Source of the DNA: the human T2T-CHM13v2.0 reference genome, Homo sapiens
Strand: one strand, 5' to 3'
Assembly (NCBI RefSeq): GCF_009914755.1
Contig: NC_060940.1
Length of the DNA stretch: 64,000 nt
Part shown: positions 45,580 to 60,800 of the stretch, piece after piece
How positions within the stretch are numbered: the first letter of the stretch is position 1
How the letters are laid out: each line of letters starts with the position of its first letter
The notes under the pieces: generated by a model
Told to the model about the DNA's origin: nothing
Databases searched by the model: none
What the model saw: the letters and a program-made list of their open reading frames with translations, nothing else
Program-made: the position numbers and the translations under genes

Positions 45580-48500
45580 TTCGAGTCCATTTTAGGATTT
45601 GATTCGAGTCCTTTCGATGATTCCATTCGATTCCACTCGATGATGATTTCATTCGAGTCCATTCGACACTTCCAATCGATTCCATTTGATGATTCCATTC
45701 GAGTCCAATTGATGATTCCATTCAATTCCATTCGATGATGATTCCGTACGATTCCATTCTGTGATGATTCCTTGTGATTGCATTCAATGATGATTCCTTT
45801 CGATTGCATTCGATTATGATTCATTTCGTGTTCATTCTATGGTTCCACAGGTTTCCATTCGTGTCCATTCCATTATTCCATTCTATTCCATTTGATGATG
45901 ATTCCATTCGATTCCATTCATTGGTGATTCCACTCAATTCCATTCAATGATTCCATTCCATTTCTTTCAACAATGATTCCATTAGTTTCTAATCGATGAT
46001 CCACTTGATTCCATTTGACGACGATTCCATTCTTGTCCATTCGATGATTCCATTTGATTCCATATGATGATGATTCCATTCGATTCCATACCATGATGAT
46101 TCCATTCGAGTCCATTCAATGGTGATTCCATTCAATTCCATTCGATGATTCCTTTTGATTCCATTCGATGATGATGGCATTCGATTCCTTTCAATCATTC
46201 CCTTTGATTCCATTCAAAGGTGATTTCATTCAAGTCCATTCGATAATTGCATTCGATTCCATTCTATGATGATTCCATTCGAGTCCATTTGATGATTCCA
46301 TTCAATTCAAGTCAATGATGATTCCATTCGATTCCATTCGATGATTCCATTGGATTCCATTCGATGATGATTCCATTCAAATCCATTCGATAATTCAATT
46401 CAAGTCCATTCGATGATGATTCCAATCGAATCCATTCAAAGATTCCATTCAGTTCCATTCGATGATTCCCTTAGATTCCATTCGATGATTCCACTTGATT
46501 GCATTTACGATGATTCCATTCGATTCCATGTGATGATTCCATTCAATTCTATTCAATGATGTCTCCATTTGATTCCATTCGACCATGATTGCCTTTGATT
46601 CCATTCAATGATTCCATTCGGTTCCGTTTGATGATGATTCCGTTCGATTCCATTTGATGATTCCATTTGATTCCATTGGATGAGTCCATTCGATTACATT
46701 CGATGATTATTCCATTCGAGTGCATTAGATGATTCCATTCGAGTCCATTCGATGATTCCATTCGATTCCATTCGATGTTGATTCTGTTCAAATCCATTCG
46801 ATGATTCCACTCGATTCCATTCGTTGACTCCATTTGATCCCATTCGATGATTTCCTTTGATTCCCTTTGATGATCATTCCATTTGATTCAATTCGGTGAT
46901 TTCATTTGATTCCATTCAGTGATGTTTCCATTCGACTCCATTCGATGATGATTCCATTCGACTCCATTCGATTATGATTTCATTCAATTCCATTCGATAA
47001 TGATTCCCTTCGAGTCCATTCGATGATTCCATTCGATTCCATTCAACGATGATTTGATTCGTGTCCATTCGATGATTCCATTTGATTCCACTTGATGATG
47101 ATTCCATTCGAGTCCATTTGATGATTCCATTCAATTCCATACTCCGATGATTTCTTTTGAGCCCACTCAATGCTTCCACTCGATTCCATATGATGATGAC
47201 TCCATTCGATGAAATTCGATGATGATTCCATTCGCTTGCTTTCGATGATGATTCCACTTGAGTCCGTTAGAAGATTCTATTCAATTACATTCCATGACGA
47301 TTCCGTTCGAGTCCATTTGATGATTCCATTAGACTCCATTCGACGATGATTCCATTCGATGTTATTCGATGATTCCATTCGATCTCATTCGATGATGATT
47401 CCATTCAACTCCATTCGATGTTTCCATTCGAGTTCATTCTATTATTCCATTAGATTCAATTCGATGATGATTCCATTCGATTCCATTTGATGATTGCATT
47501 CTATTTCATTTGATGATGATTCCATTCGAGTCCACTCGATGATTCCATTCGAGTCCATTTAATGAATCCATTGGTTTCAATTCTATGATGATTACATTGG
47601 ATTCCATTCGTTGATGATTTCATTCGGTTCCATTCAATGATGATTCCATTCAATTCCTTTCAATGTTTCCATTCAATTCCATACGATGATGATTCCATTT
47701 GATTTGATTCGACAGTGAGCCATTCGATTCAATTCCATGATGATTCTATTTGATTCAATTGGTTGACATTTCCATTCGATTCCATTCGATGATGATTCCC
47801 TTTGATTCCGTTCAACGATGATTCCATTCTAGCCCATTCAATCATTCCATTCGATTCTATTCAATGATGATTCCATTCATGTCGATTTGGTGATTCCATT
47901 TGACTTCATTTGATGATGATTCCTTTCAAGTTCATTAGATGATTCCATTCGATTCCATTTGATGATGATCCCATTCGAGTCCATTCAGTGATTCCATTCG
48001 TTTCCATTCCATGATGATTCCATTCCTTTCCATTCAATGATTCCATTCGATTCCGTTTGATGATGATTTCATTCGAGTCCATTTGATGATTCCATTTGAT
48101 TCCATTCGATGATGATTCCATTCGAGTCCATTCGATGATTCTATTCGAATCCATTTGATGATTTCTTTTGATTATATTTGGTGATGATTCCATTGGAGTC
48201 CATTCAATGATTCCATTCTATTCCAATCGATGATGATTCCATTAGAGTCCATTTAATGATTCCATTTGATTCCAGTCTCTGATGATTACATTCGAGTCCA
48301 TACGATGATTCCACTCAATTCCATATGATGATGATTCCATTTGATTCCATTCGGTGATTCCATTCTATTCTATTCAATGGTGATTCCATTCGAGTACATT
48401 AGATGATTCCATTCGATTCCATTCAATGATGATTCTATTTGTGTCCCTTAGATGATTCCACATGATTCCATTACATGATGATACTATTTGAGCCCATCCA

Positions 48501-51500
48501 ATGATTCCCTTCGATTCCATTCGATGAGGATTCCATTCGATTCAATTCATTGGTGATTCTATTCAATTCAATTCTTTGATTCCATTCCATTCCATTCGAC
48601 AATGATTCCATTCGATTTCTTTCGATGATTCCACTTGATTCCACTTGACATTGATTCCATTCGATTCCATTCAATGATTCCATTTGATTCCAGTGGATGA
48701 TGATTGCCATCGATTCCATTCGATCACTCCATTCTATTCCATTTGATGATGATTACATTCGATTCCATTTGATGATTCCATCTGATTCTATTCGAGGATT
48801 CCATTTGATTCCATTCGATGATGATTCCATTCGAGTCCATTCGATGATTTCATTCGAGTACATCCAATGATTCCATTCGAGTCCATTAGATGATTCCATT
48901 TGATTCCATTTGAAAATGATTCTACTAGAGTCCATTCAATGACTCCATTCGAGTCCATTCAACAATTCCATTCGACTCCATTCGATGATTCCATTCGATT
49001 CCATTTGATGGTTCCATTCGAGTCCATTTAATCATTACAGTCGAGTCCATTTGGTGATTCCACTGGATTTCTTTTGATAATGATACCATTCAATTACATT
49101 TGATGATGATCCCATTCAATTTCATTTGATGATGATTCCATTAGAGTCCATTCGATGATTTCATTCGAGTCCCTTCATTGATTCCATCCGATTTCATTGG
49201 ATGATGACTCCATTCGAGTCCATTCGATGTTTCCACTCGATTCCATTAGATGACTCCATTGGAGTCCATTTGATTGTTCCATTCGATTCCATTCGATTCC
49301 TTTCAAAGATTATTCCATTTGAGTCCATTCGATGATGATTCCATTCCATTCCATTCGATGATTCCGTTTGATTCCATTCGATGATTCCCTTCGATTCCTT
49401 TCTTTGATGATTCCATTCCATTCCATTCAATGATTCCATTCGAATCTATTCCATGATGATTCCTTTCGATTCCATTCGCTGATGTTTCCGTTCAATTCCA
49501 TTCGATGATGATTCCATTCGATTCCATTCATTGAGGATTCCATTTGATTCCATTCAATGATGATTCCATTCTATTCCATTCAATGATTGCATTCAATTCC
49601 ATTCAATGATTATCCCATTAGAGTAAACTCAACGATTCCATTCAATACCATTCGATGATGATTCCTTTTGAGTCCATTCAATGATTTCATTCAAGTCCAT
49701 TTGATGATTCCTTTCAATTCCATTCTATGATGATTCCATTCGAGTCCATTCGATGATTCCATTCGATTGCATTCGATGATTCCATTATATTCCATTCAAC
49801 GGTGATTCCATTCGAGTCCATTCCATGATTCCATTAGAGTACATTTAATGATTGCTTTGTTTCCAATTCGAAGATGATTACATTGGATTCCATTCTATGA
49901 TACCATTCGATTCCATTCAATGATGATTCCACTCAAATCCATTGGATGATTCCATTCGTGTCCATTCGGTGATTTCATTAGATTCCATTCGAGGATGATT
50001 CCATTCGATTCCATTCGATGATTCCATTCAATTCCATTCGATGATGATTCCATTCCAGTCCATATGATCATTCCATTTGATTTCATTCGATGATGATTCC
50101 ATTCGATTCGATTCGACGATTCCATTCTATTCCATTCGATGATGATTCCATTCGAGTCCATTCGATGATTCCATTCGAGTCCATTTAATGATTCCATTGG
50201 GTTCAATTCAATGATGATTACATTGGATTCCGTTCTATGATTCCATTCAATTCCGTTCATTGACAATTTGATTCCATTCGATGATGATTCCATTTGAGTT
50301 CATTCGATGATTCTATTCGATTCTCTTCGATGGTGATTCAATTCTATTATATTGGATGATTCCATTCGATTCCATTTGATGTTGATTCAATTCGATTCTA
50401 TTCGATGATGATTCCATTGGATTTCACTTGATGATTCTATTCGATTCCATTCAATGATGATTCACTTCTCGTCCATTGGATGATTCCATTTCATTCCATT
50501 CGATGATGATTCCATTCGATTCCATTCGATGATTCCATTTGATTCCATGCGACGGTGAGCAATTCGATTCAATTCCATGATGATTCTATTTGATTCAATT
50601 AGATGATGTTTCCATTCGAATCCATTCCATGATTATTCCATTGGAATCCATTTGGCGATGATTCCATATGAGTCAATTCAATGATGATTCCATATGGGTC
50701 CGTTCGATGATAATTCCATTTGATTTCATTCGATGCTTCTATTCTATTCCAGTCGATGATGATTCCGTTGGAGTCCATACGATGATTCCATTTGATTTCA
50801 TTTGATGATGATTCCATTCGATGATGATTACATTGGATTCCATTCTATGATTCCATTCAATTCCATTCGTTGATGATTCGATTCCATTCAATGATGATTC
50901 CATTTGAGTTCATTCGATGATTCTATTCGATTCCGTTCGATGGTGATTCAATTCTATTATATTGGATGATTCCACTCGATTCCATTTGATGATTATTCCA
51001 TTGGAGTCCACTTAGTGAATCCTTTAGATTCTACTCGACGATGATTCCATTCGAGTCCATTCGATGATACCATTCAATTCCATTCGTTGATGCTTCCATT
51101 CAAGTGCATTCGATGATATCATTCGATTCCATTTGATGATAATTCCATTTGATTCCATGCGATGATTCTATTCGATTCCATTCAATGATAATTCCATTCA
51201 ATTCAGTGATTCCTCTGGACTCCATTTGATGATGATTCCATTCAATGATTCCATTCGATTCTATTCGAAAATGATTCCATTTGAATCCATTTGATGATGA
51301 TTCCATTAGATTCCATTTGATGATTCCATTCGATTCCATTCGACGATGATTCCATTCGATTCCGTTTGATGATTCCATTCTATTCTATTTGATGATGATT
51401 CCATTCGATTCCATTCGATGATGATTGGATTCGATTCCATTGGATGATTTCATTTGATTCCATTCGTTAATGATTTCGATCAATTCCATTCGATGATTCC

Positions 51501-51691
51501 ATTCGATTCCATTCGATAATGATTACATCCGAGTCCATTCGATGATTCCCTTTGAGCCTGTTCGATAATTCCATTTGAGTCCAACCAATGATTCCATTCA
51601 TTTCCATTCAATGATTCCATTCGAGTCCATTTGATCATTCCGGTAGGGTCCATTCGATGTTGATTCCATTGGAGTGCATTCGATGATTCCA
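45580..51691 (+). repeat. HSat2 unit 8 (6,112 bp)
   Basis: Markers at 45580 and 51692. Confidence 0.95.
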
Positions 51692-54600
51692 TTCGAGTCC
51701 ATTTTAGGATTTGATTCGAGTCCTTTCGATGATTCCATTCGATTCCACTCGATGATGATTTCATTCGAGTCCATTCGACACTTCCAATCGATTCCATTTG
51801 ATGATTCCATTCGAGTCCAATTGATGATTCCATTCAATTCCATTCGATGATGATTCCGTACGATTCCATTCTGTGATGATTCCATGTGATTGCATTCAAT
51901 GATGATTCCTTTCGATTGCATTCGATTATGATTCATTTCGTGTTCATTCTATGGTTCCACAGGTTTCCATTCGTGTCCATTCCATTATTCCATTCTATTC
52001 CATTTGATGATGATTCCATTCGATTCCATTCATTGGTGATTCCACTCAATTCCATTCAATGATTCCATTCCATTTCTTTCAACAATGATTCCATTAGTTT
52101 CTAATCGATGATCCACTTGATTCCATTTGACGACGATTCCATTCTTGTCCATTCGATGATTCCATTTGATTCCATATGATGATGATTCCATTCGATTCCA
52201 TACCATGATGATTCCATTCGAGTCCATTCAATGGTGATTCCATTCAATTCCATTCGATGATTCCTTTTGATTCCATTCGATGATGATGGCATTCGATTCC
52301 TTTCAATCATTCCCTTTGATTCCATTCAAAGGTGATTTCATTCAAGTCCATTCGATAATTGCATTCGATTCCATTCTATGATGATTCCATTCGAGTCCAT
52401 TTGATGATTCCATTCAATTCAAGTCAATGATGATTCCATTCGATTCCATTCGATGATTCCATTGGATTCCATTCGATGATGATTCCATTCAAATCCATTC
52501 GATAATTCAATTCAAGTCCATTCGATGATGATTCCAATCGAATCCATTCAAAGATTCCATTCAGTTCCATTCGATGATTCCCTTAGATTCCATTCGATGA
52601 TTCCACTTGATTGCATTTACGATGATTCCATTCGATTCCATGTGATGATTCCATTCAATTCTATTCAATGATGTCTCCATTTGATTCCATTCGACCATGA
52701 TTGCCTTTGATTCCATTCAATGATTCCATTCGGTTCCGTTTGATGATGATTCCGTTCGATTCCATTTGATGATTCCATTTGATTCCATTGGATGAGTCCA
52801 TTCGATTACATTCGATGATTATTCCATTCGAGTGCATTAGATGATTCCATTCGAGTCCATTCGATGATTCCATTCGATTCCATTCGATGTTGATTCTGTT
52901 CAAATCCATTCGATGATTCCACTCGATTCCATTCGTTGACTCCATTTGATCCCATTCGATGATTTCCTTTGATTCCCTTTGATGATCATTCCATTTGATT
53001 CAATTCGGTGATTTCATTTGATTCCATTCAGTGATGTTTCCATTCGACTCCATTCGATGATGATTCCATTCGACTCCATTCGATTATGATTTCATTCAAT
53101 TCCATTCGATAATGATTCCCTTCGAGTCCATTCGATGATTCCATTCGATTCCATTCAACGATGATTTGATTCGTGTCCATTCGATGATTCCATTTGATTC
53201 CACTTGATGATGATTCCATTCGAGTCCATTTGATGATTCCATTCAATTCCATACTCCGATGATTTCTTTTGAGCCCACTCAATGCTTCCACTCGATTCCA
53301 TATGATGATGACTCCATTCGATGAAATTCGATGATGATTCCATTCGCTTGCTTTCGATGATGATTCCACTTGAGTCCGTTAGAAGATTCTATTCAATTAC
53401 ATTCCATGACGATTCCGTTCGAGTCCATTTGATGATTCCATTAGACTCCATTCGACGATGATTCCATTCGATGTTATTCGATGATTCCATTCGATCTCAT
53501 TCGATGATGATTCCATTCAACTCCATTCGATGTTTCCATTCGAGTTCATTCTATTATTCCATTAGATTCCATTCGATGATGATTCCATTCGATTCCATTT
53601 GATGATTGCATTCTATTTCATTTGATGATGATTCCATTCGAGTCCACTCGATGATTCCATTCGAGTCCATTTAATGAATCCATTGGTTTCAATTCTATGA
53701 TGATTACATTGGATTCCATTCGTTGATGATTTCATTCGGTTCCATTCAATGATGATTCCATTCAATTCCTTTCAATGTTTCCATTCAATTCCATACGATG
53801 ATGATTCCATTTGATTTGATTCGACAGTGAGCCATTCGATTCAATTCCATGATGATTCTATTTGATTCAATTGGTTGACATTTCCATTCGATTCCATTCG
53901 ATGATGATTCCCTTTGATTCCGTTCAAAGATGATTCCATTCTAGCCCATTCAATCATTCCATTCGATTCTATTCAATGATGATTCCATTCATGTCGATTT
54001 GGTGATTCCATTTGACTTCATTTGATGATGATTCCTTTCAAGTTCATTAGATGATTCCATTCGATTCCATTTGATGATGATCCCATTCGAGTCCATTCAG
54101 TGATTCCATTCGTTTCCATTCCATGATGATTCCATTCCTTTCCATTCAATGATTCCATTCGATTCCGTTTGATGATGATTTCATTCGAGTCCATTTGATG
54201 ATTCCATTTGATTCCATTCGATGATGATTCCATTCGAGTCCATTCGATGATTCTATTCGAATCCATTTGATGATTTCTTTTGATTATATTTGGTGATGAT
54301 TCCATTGGAGTCCATTCAATGATTCCATTCGATTCCAATCGATGATGATTCCATTAGAGTCCATTTAATGATTCCATTTGATTCCAGTCTCTGATGATTA
54401 CATTCGAGTCCATACGATGATTCCACTCAATTCCATATGATGATGATTCCATTTGATTCCATTCGGTGATTCCATTCTATTCTATTCAATGGTGATTCCA
54501 TTCGAGTACATTAGATGATTCCATTCGTTTCCATTCAATGATGATTCTATTTGTGTCCCTTAGATGATTCCACATGATTCCATTAGATGATGATACTATT

Positions 54601-57600
54601 TGAGCCCATCCAATGATTCCCTTCGATTCCATTCGATGAGGATTCCATTCGATTCAATTCATTGGTGATTCTATTCAATTCAATTCTTTGATTCCATTCC
54701 ATTCCATTCGACAATGATTCCATTCGATTTCTTTCGATGATTCCACTCGATTCCACTTGACATTGATTCCATTCGATTCCATTCATTGATTCCATTTGAT
54801 TCCAGTGGGTGATGATTGCCATCGATTCCATTCGATCACTCCATTCTATTCCATTTGATGATGATTACATTCGATTCCATTTGATGATTCCATCTGATTC
54901 TATTCGAGGATTCCATTTGATTCCATTCGATGATGATTCCATTCGAGTCCATTCGATGATTTCATTCGAATACATCCAATGATTCCATTCGAGTCCATTA
55001 GATGATTCCATTTGATTCCATTTGAAAATGATTCTACTAGAGTCCATTCAATGACTCCATTCGAGTCCATTCAACAATTCCATTCGACTCCATTCGATGA
55101 TTCCATTCGATTCCATTTGATGGTTCCATTCGAGTCCATTTAATCATTACAGTTGAGTCCATTTGGTGATTCCACTGGATTTCTTTTGATAATGATACCA
55201 TTCAATTGCATTTGATGATGATCCCATTCAATTTCATTTGATGATGATTCCATTAGAGTCCATTCGATGATTTCATTCGAGTCCCTTCATTGATTCCATC
55301 CGATTTCATTGGATGATGACTCCATTCGAGTCCATTCGATGTTTCCACTCGATTCCATTAGATGACTCCATTGGAGTCCATTTGATTGTTCCATTCGATT
55401 CCATTCGATTCCTTTCAAAGATTATTCCATTTGAGTCCATTCGATGATGATTCCATTCCATTCCATTCGATGATTCCGTTTGATTCCATTCGATGATTCC
55501 CTTCGATTCCTTTCTTTGATGATTCCATTCCATTCCATTCAATGATTCCATTCGAATCTATTCCATGATGATTCCTTTCGATTCCATTCGCTGATGTTTC
55601 CGTTCAATTCCATTCGATGATGATTCCATTCGATTCCATTCATTGAGGATTCCATTTGATTCCATTCAATGATGATTCCATTCTATTCCATTCAATGATT
55701 GCATTCAATTCCATTCAATGATTATCCCATTAGAGTAAACTCAACGATTCCATTCAATACCATTCGATGATGATTCCTTTTGAGTCCATTCAATGATTTC
55801 ATTCAAGTCCATTTGATGATTCCTTTCAATTCCATTCTATGATGATTCCATTCGAGTCCATTCGATGATTCCATTCGATTGCATTCGATGATTCCATTAT
55901 ATTCCATTCAACGGTGATTCCATTCGAGTCCATTCCATGATTCCATTAGAGTACATTTAATGATTGCTTTGTTTTCAATTCGAAGATGATTACATTGGAT
56001 TCCATTCTATGATACCATTCGATTCCATTCAATGATGATTCCACTCAAATCCATTGGATGATTCCATTCGTGTCCATTCGGTGATTTCATTAGATTCCAT
56101 TCGAGGATGATTCCATTCGATTCCATTCGATGATTCCATTCAATTCCATTCGATGATGATTCCATTCCAGTCCATATGATCATTCCATTTGATTTCATTC
56201 GATGATGATTCCATTCGATTCGATTCGACGATTCCATTCTATTCCATTCGATGATGATTCCATTCGAGTCCATTCGATCATTCCATTCGAGTCCATTTAA
56301 TGATTCCATTGGGTTCAATTCAATGATGATTACATTGGATTCCGTTCTATGATTCCATTCAATTCCGTTCATTGACAATTTGATTCCATTCGATGATGAT
56401 TCCATTTGAGTTCATTCGATGATTCTATTCGATTCTCTTCGATGGTGATTCAATTCTATTATATTGGATGATTCCATTCGATTCCATTTGATGTTGATTC
56501 AATTCGATTCTATTCGATGATGATTCCATTGGATTTCACTTGATGATTCTATTCGATTCCATTCAATGATGATTCACTTCTCGTCCATTGGATGATTCCA
56601 TTTTATTCCATTCGATGATGATTCCATTCGATTCCATTCGATGATTCCATTTGATTCCATGCGACGGTGAGCAATTCGATTCAATTCCATGATGATTCTA
56701 TTTGATTCAATTAGATGATGTTTCCATTCGAATCCATTCCATGATTATTCCATTGGAATCCATTTGGCGATGATTCCATATGAGTCAATTCAATGATGAT
56801 TCCATATGGGTCCGTTCGATGATAATTCCATTTGATTTCATTCGATGCTTCTATTCTATTCCAGTCGATGATGATTCCGTTGGAGTCCATACGATGATTC
56901 CATTTGATTTCATTTGATGATGATTCCATTCGATGATGATTACATTGGATTCCATTCTATGATTCCATTCAATTCCATTCGTTGATGATTCGATTCCATT
57001 CAATGATGATTCCATTTGAGTTCATTCGATGATTCTATTCGATTCCGTTCGATGGTGATTCAATTATTTTATATTGGATGATTCCACTCGATTCCATTTG
57101 ATGATTATTCCATTGGAGTCCACTTAGTGAATCCTTTAGATTCTACTCGACGATGATTCCATTCGAGTCCATTCGATGATACCATTCAATTCCATTCGTT
57201 GATGCTTCCATTCAAGTGCATTCGATGATATCATTTGATTCCATTTGATGATAATTCCATTTGATTCCATGCGATGATTCTATTCGATTCCATTCAATGA
57301 TAATTCCATTCAATTCAGTGATTCCTCTGGACTCCATTTGATGATGATTCCATTCAATGATTCCATTCGATTCTATTCGAAAATGATTCCATTTGAATCC
57401 ATTTGATGATGATTCCATTAGATTCCATTTGATGATTCCATTCGATTCCATTCGACGATGATTCCATTCGATTCCGTTTGATGATTCCATTCTATTCTAT
57501 TCGATGATGATTCCATTCGATTCCATTCGATGATGATTGGATTCGATTCCATTTGATGATTTCATTTGATTCCATTCGTTAATGATTTCGATCAATTCCA

Positions 57601-57803
57601 TTCGATGATTCCATTCGATTCCATTCGATAATGATTACATCCGAGTCCATTCGATGATTCCCTTTGAGCCTGTTCGATAATTCCATTTGAGTCCAACCAA
57701 TGATTCCATTCATTTCCATTCAATGATTCCATTCGAGTCCATTTGATCATTCCGGTAGGGTCCATTCGATGTTGATTCCATTGGAGTGCATTCGATGATT
57801 CCA
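51692..57803 (+). repeat. HSat2 unit 9 (6,112 bp)
   Basis: Markers at 51692 and 57804. Confidence 0.95.
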
Positions 57804-60800
57804 TTCGAGTCCATTTTAGGATTTGATTCAAGTCCTTTCGATGATTCCATTCGATTCCACTCGATGATGATTTCATTCGAGTCCATTCGACACTTCCAAT
57901 CGATTCCATTTGATGATTCCATTCGAGTCCAATTGATGATTCCATTCAATTCCATTCGATGATGATTCCCTACGATTCCATTCTGTGATGATTCCATGTG
58001 ATTGCATTCAATGATGATTCCTTTCGATTGCATTCGATTATGATTCATTTCGTGTTCATTCTATGGTTCCACAGGTTTCCATTCGTGTCCATTCCATTAT
58101 TCCATTCTATTCCATTTGATGATGATTCCATTCGATTCCATTCATTGGTGATTCCACTCAATTCCATTCAATGATTCCATTCCATTTCTTTCAACAATGA
58201 TTCCATTAGTTTCTAATCGATGATCCACTTGATTCCATTTGACGACGATTCCATTCTTGTCCATTCGATGATTCCATTTGATTCCATATGATGATGATTC
58301 CATTCGATTCCATACCATGATGATTCCATTCGAGTCCATTCAATGGTGATTCCATTCAATTCCATTCGATGATTCCTTTTGATTCCATTCGATGATGATG
58401 GCATTCGATTCCTTTCAATCATTCCCTTTGATTCCATTCAAAGGTGATTTCATTCAAGTCCATTCGATAATTGCATTCGATTCCATTCTATGATGATTCC
58501 ATTCGAGTCCATTTGATGATTCCATTCAATTCAAGTCAATGATGATTCCATTCGATTCCATTCGATGATTCCATTGGATTCCATTCGATGATGATTCCAT
58601 TCAAATCCATTCGATAATTCAATTCAAGTCCATTCGATGATGATTCCAATCGAATCCATTCAAAGATTCCATTCAGTTCCATTCGATGATTCCCTTAGAT
58701 TCCATTCGATGATTCCACTTGATTGCATTTACGATGATTCCATTCGATTCCATGTGATGATTCCATTCAATTCTATTCAATGATGTCTCCATTTGATTCC
58801 ATTCGACCATGATTGCCTTTGATTCCATTCAATGATTCCATTCGGTTCCGTTTGATGATGATTCCGTTCGATTCCATTTGATGATTCCATTTGATTCCAT
58901 TGGATGAGTCCATTCGATTACATTCGATGATTATTCCATTCGAGTGCATTAGATGATTCCATTCGAGTCCATTCGATGATTCCATTCGATTCCATTCGAT
59001 GTTGATTCTGTTCAAATCCATTCGATGATTCCACTCGATTCCATTCGTTGACTCCATTTGATCCCATTCGATGATTTCCTTTGATTCCCTTTGATGATCA
59101 TTCCGTTTGATTCAATTCGGTGATTTCATTTGATTCCATTCAGTGATGTTTCCATTCGACTCCATTCGATGATGATTCCATTCGACTCCATTCGATTATG
59201 ATTTCATTCAATTCCATTCGATAATGATTCCCTTCGAGTCCATTCGATGATTCCATTCGATTCCATTCAACGATGATTTGATTCGTGTCCATTCGATGAT
59301 TCCATTTGATTCCACTTGATGATGATTCCATTTGAGTCCATTTGATGATTCCATTCAATTCCATACTCCGATGATTTCTTTTGAGCCCACTCAATGCTTC
59401 CACTCGATTCCATATGATGATGACTCCATTCGATGAAATTCGATGATGATTCCATTCGCTTGCTTTCGATGATGATTCCACTTGAGTCCGTTAGAAGATT
59501 CTATTCAATTACATTCCATGACGATTCCGTTCGAGTCCATTTGATGATTCCATTAGACTCCATTCGACGATGATTCCATTCGATGTTATTCGATGATTCC
59601 ATTTGATCTCATTCGATGATGATTCCATTCAACTCCATTCGATGTTTCCATTCGAGTTCATTCTATTATTCCATTAGATTCCATTCGATGATGATTCCAT
59701 TCGATTCCATTTGATGATTGCATTCTATTTCATTTGATGATGATTCCATTCGAGTCCACTCGATGATTCCATTCGAGTCCATTTAATGAATCCATTGGTT
59801 TCAATTCTATGATGATTACATTGGATTCCATTCGTTGATGATTTCATTCGGTTCCATTCAATGATGATTCCATTCAATTCCTTTCAATGTTTCCATTCAA
59901 TTCCATACGATGATGATTCCATTTGATTTGATTCGACAGTGAGCCATTCGATTCAATTCCATGATGATTCTATTTGATTCAATTGGTTGACATTTCCATT
60001 CGATTCCATTCGATGATGATTCCCTTTGATTCCGTTCAAAGATGATTCCATTCTAGCCCATTCAATCATTCCATTCGATTCTATTCAATGATGATTCCAT
60101 TCATGTCGATTTGGTGATTCCATTTGACTTCATTTGATGATGATTCCTTTCAAGTTCATTAGATGATTCCATTCGATTCCATTTGATGATGATCCCATTC
60201 GAGTCCATTCAGTGATTCCATTCGTTTCCATTCCATGATGATTCCATTCCTTTCCATTCAATGATTCCATTCGATTCCGTTTGATGATGATTTCATTCGA
60301 GTCCATTTGATGATTCCATTTGATTCCATTCGATGATGATTCCATTCGAGTCCATTCGATGATTCTATTCGAATCCATTTGATGATTTCTTTTGATTATA
60401 TTTGGTGATGATTCCATTGGAGTCCATTCAATGATTCCATTCTATTCCAATCGATGATGATTCCATTAGAGTCCATTTAATGATTCCATTTGATTCCAGT
60501 CTCTGATGATTACATTCGAGTCCATACGATGATTCCACTCAATTCCATAAGATGATGATTCCATTTGATTCCATTCGGTGATTCCATTCTATTCTATTCA
60601 ATGGTGATTCCATTCGAGTACATTAGATGATTCCATTCGATTCCATTCAATGATGATTCTATGTGTGTCCCTTAGATGATTCCAAATGATTCCATTACAT
60701 GATGATACTATTTGAGCCCATCCAATGATTCCCTTCGATTCCATTCGATGAGGATTCCATTCGATTCAATTCATTGGTGATTCTATTCAATTCAATTCTT

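Noticed and set aside
45532-45738. The only plus-strand ORF (68 aa)
   Set aside because: It was created by a single TAG>TTG change in unit 7 only, and it is a translated satellite.
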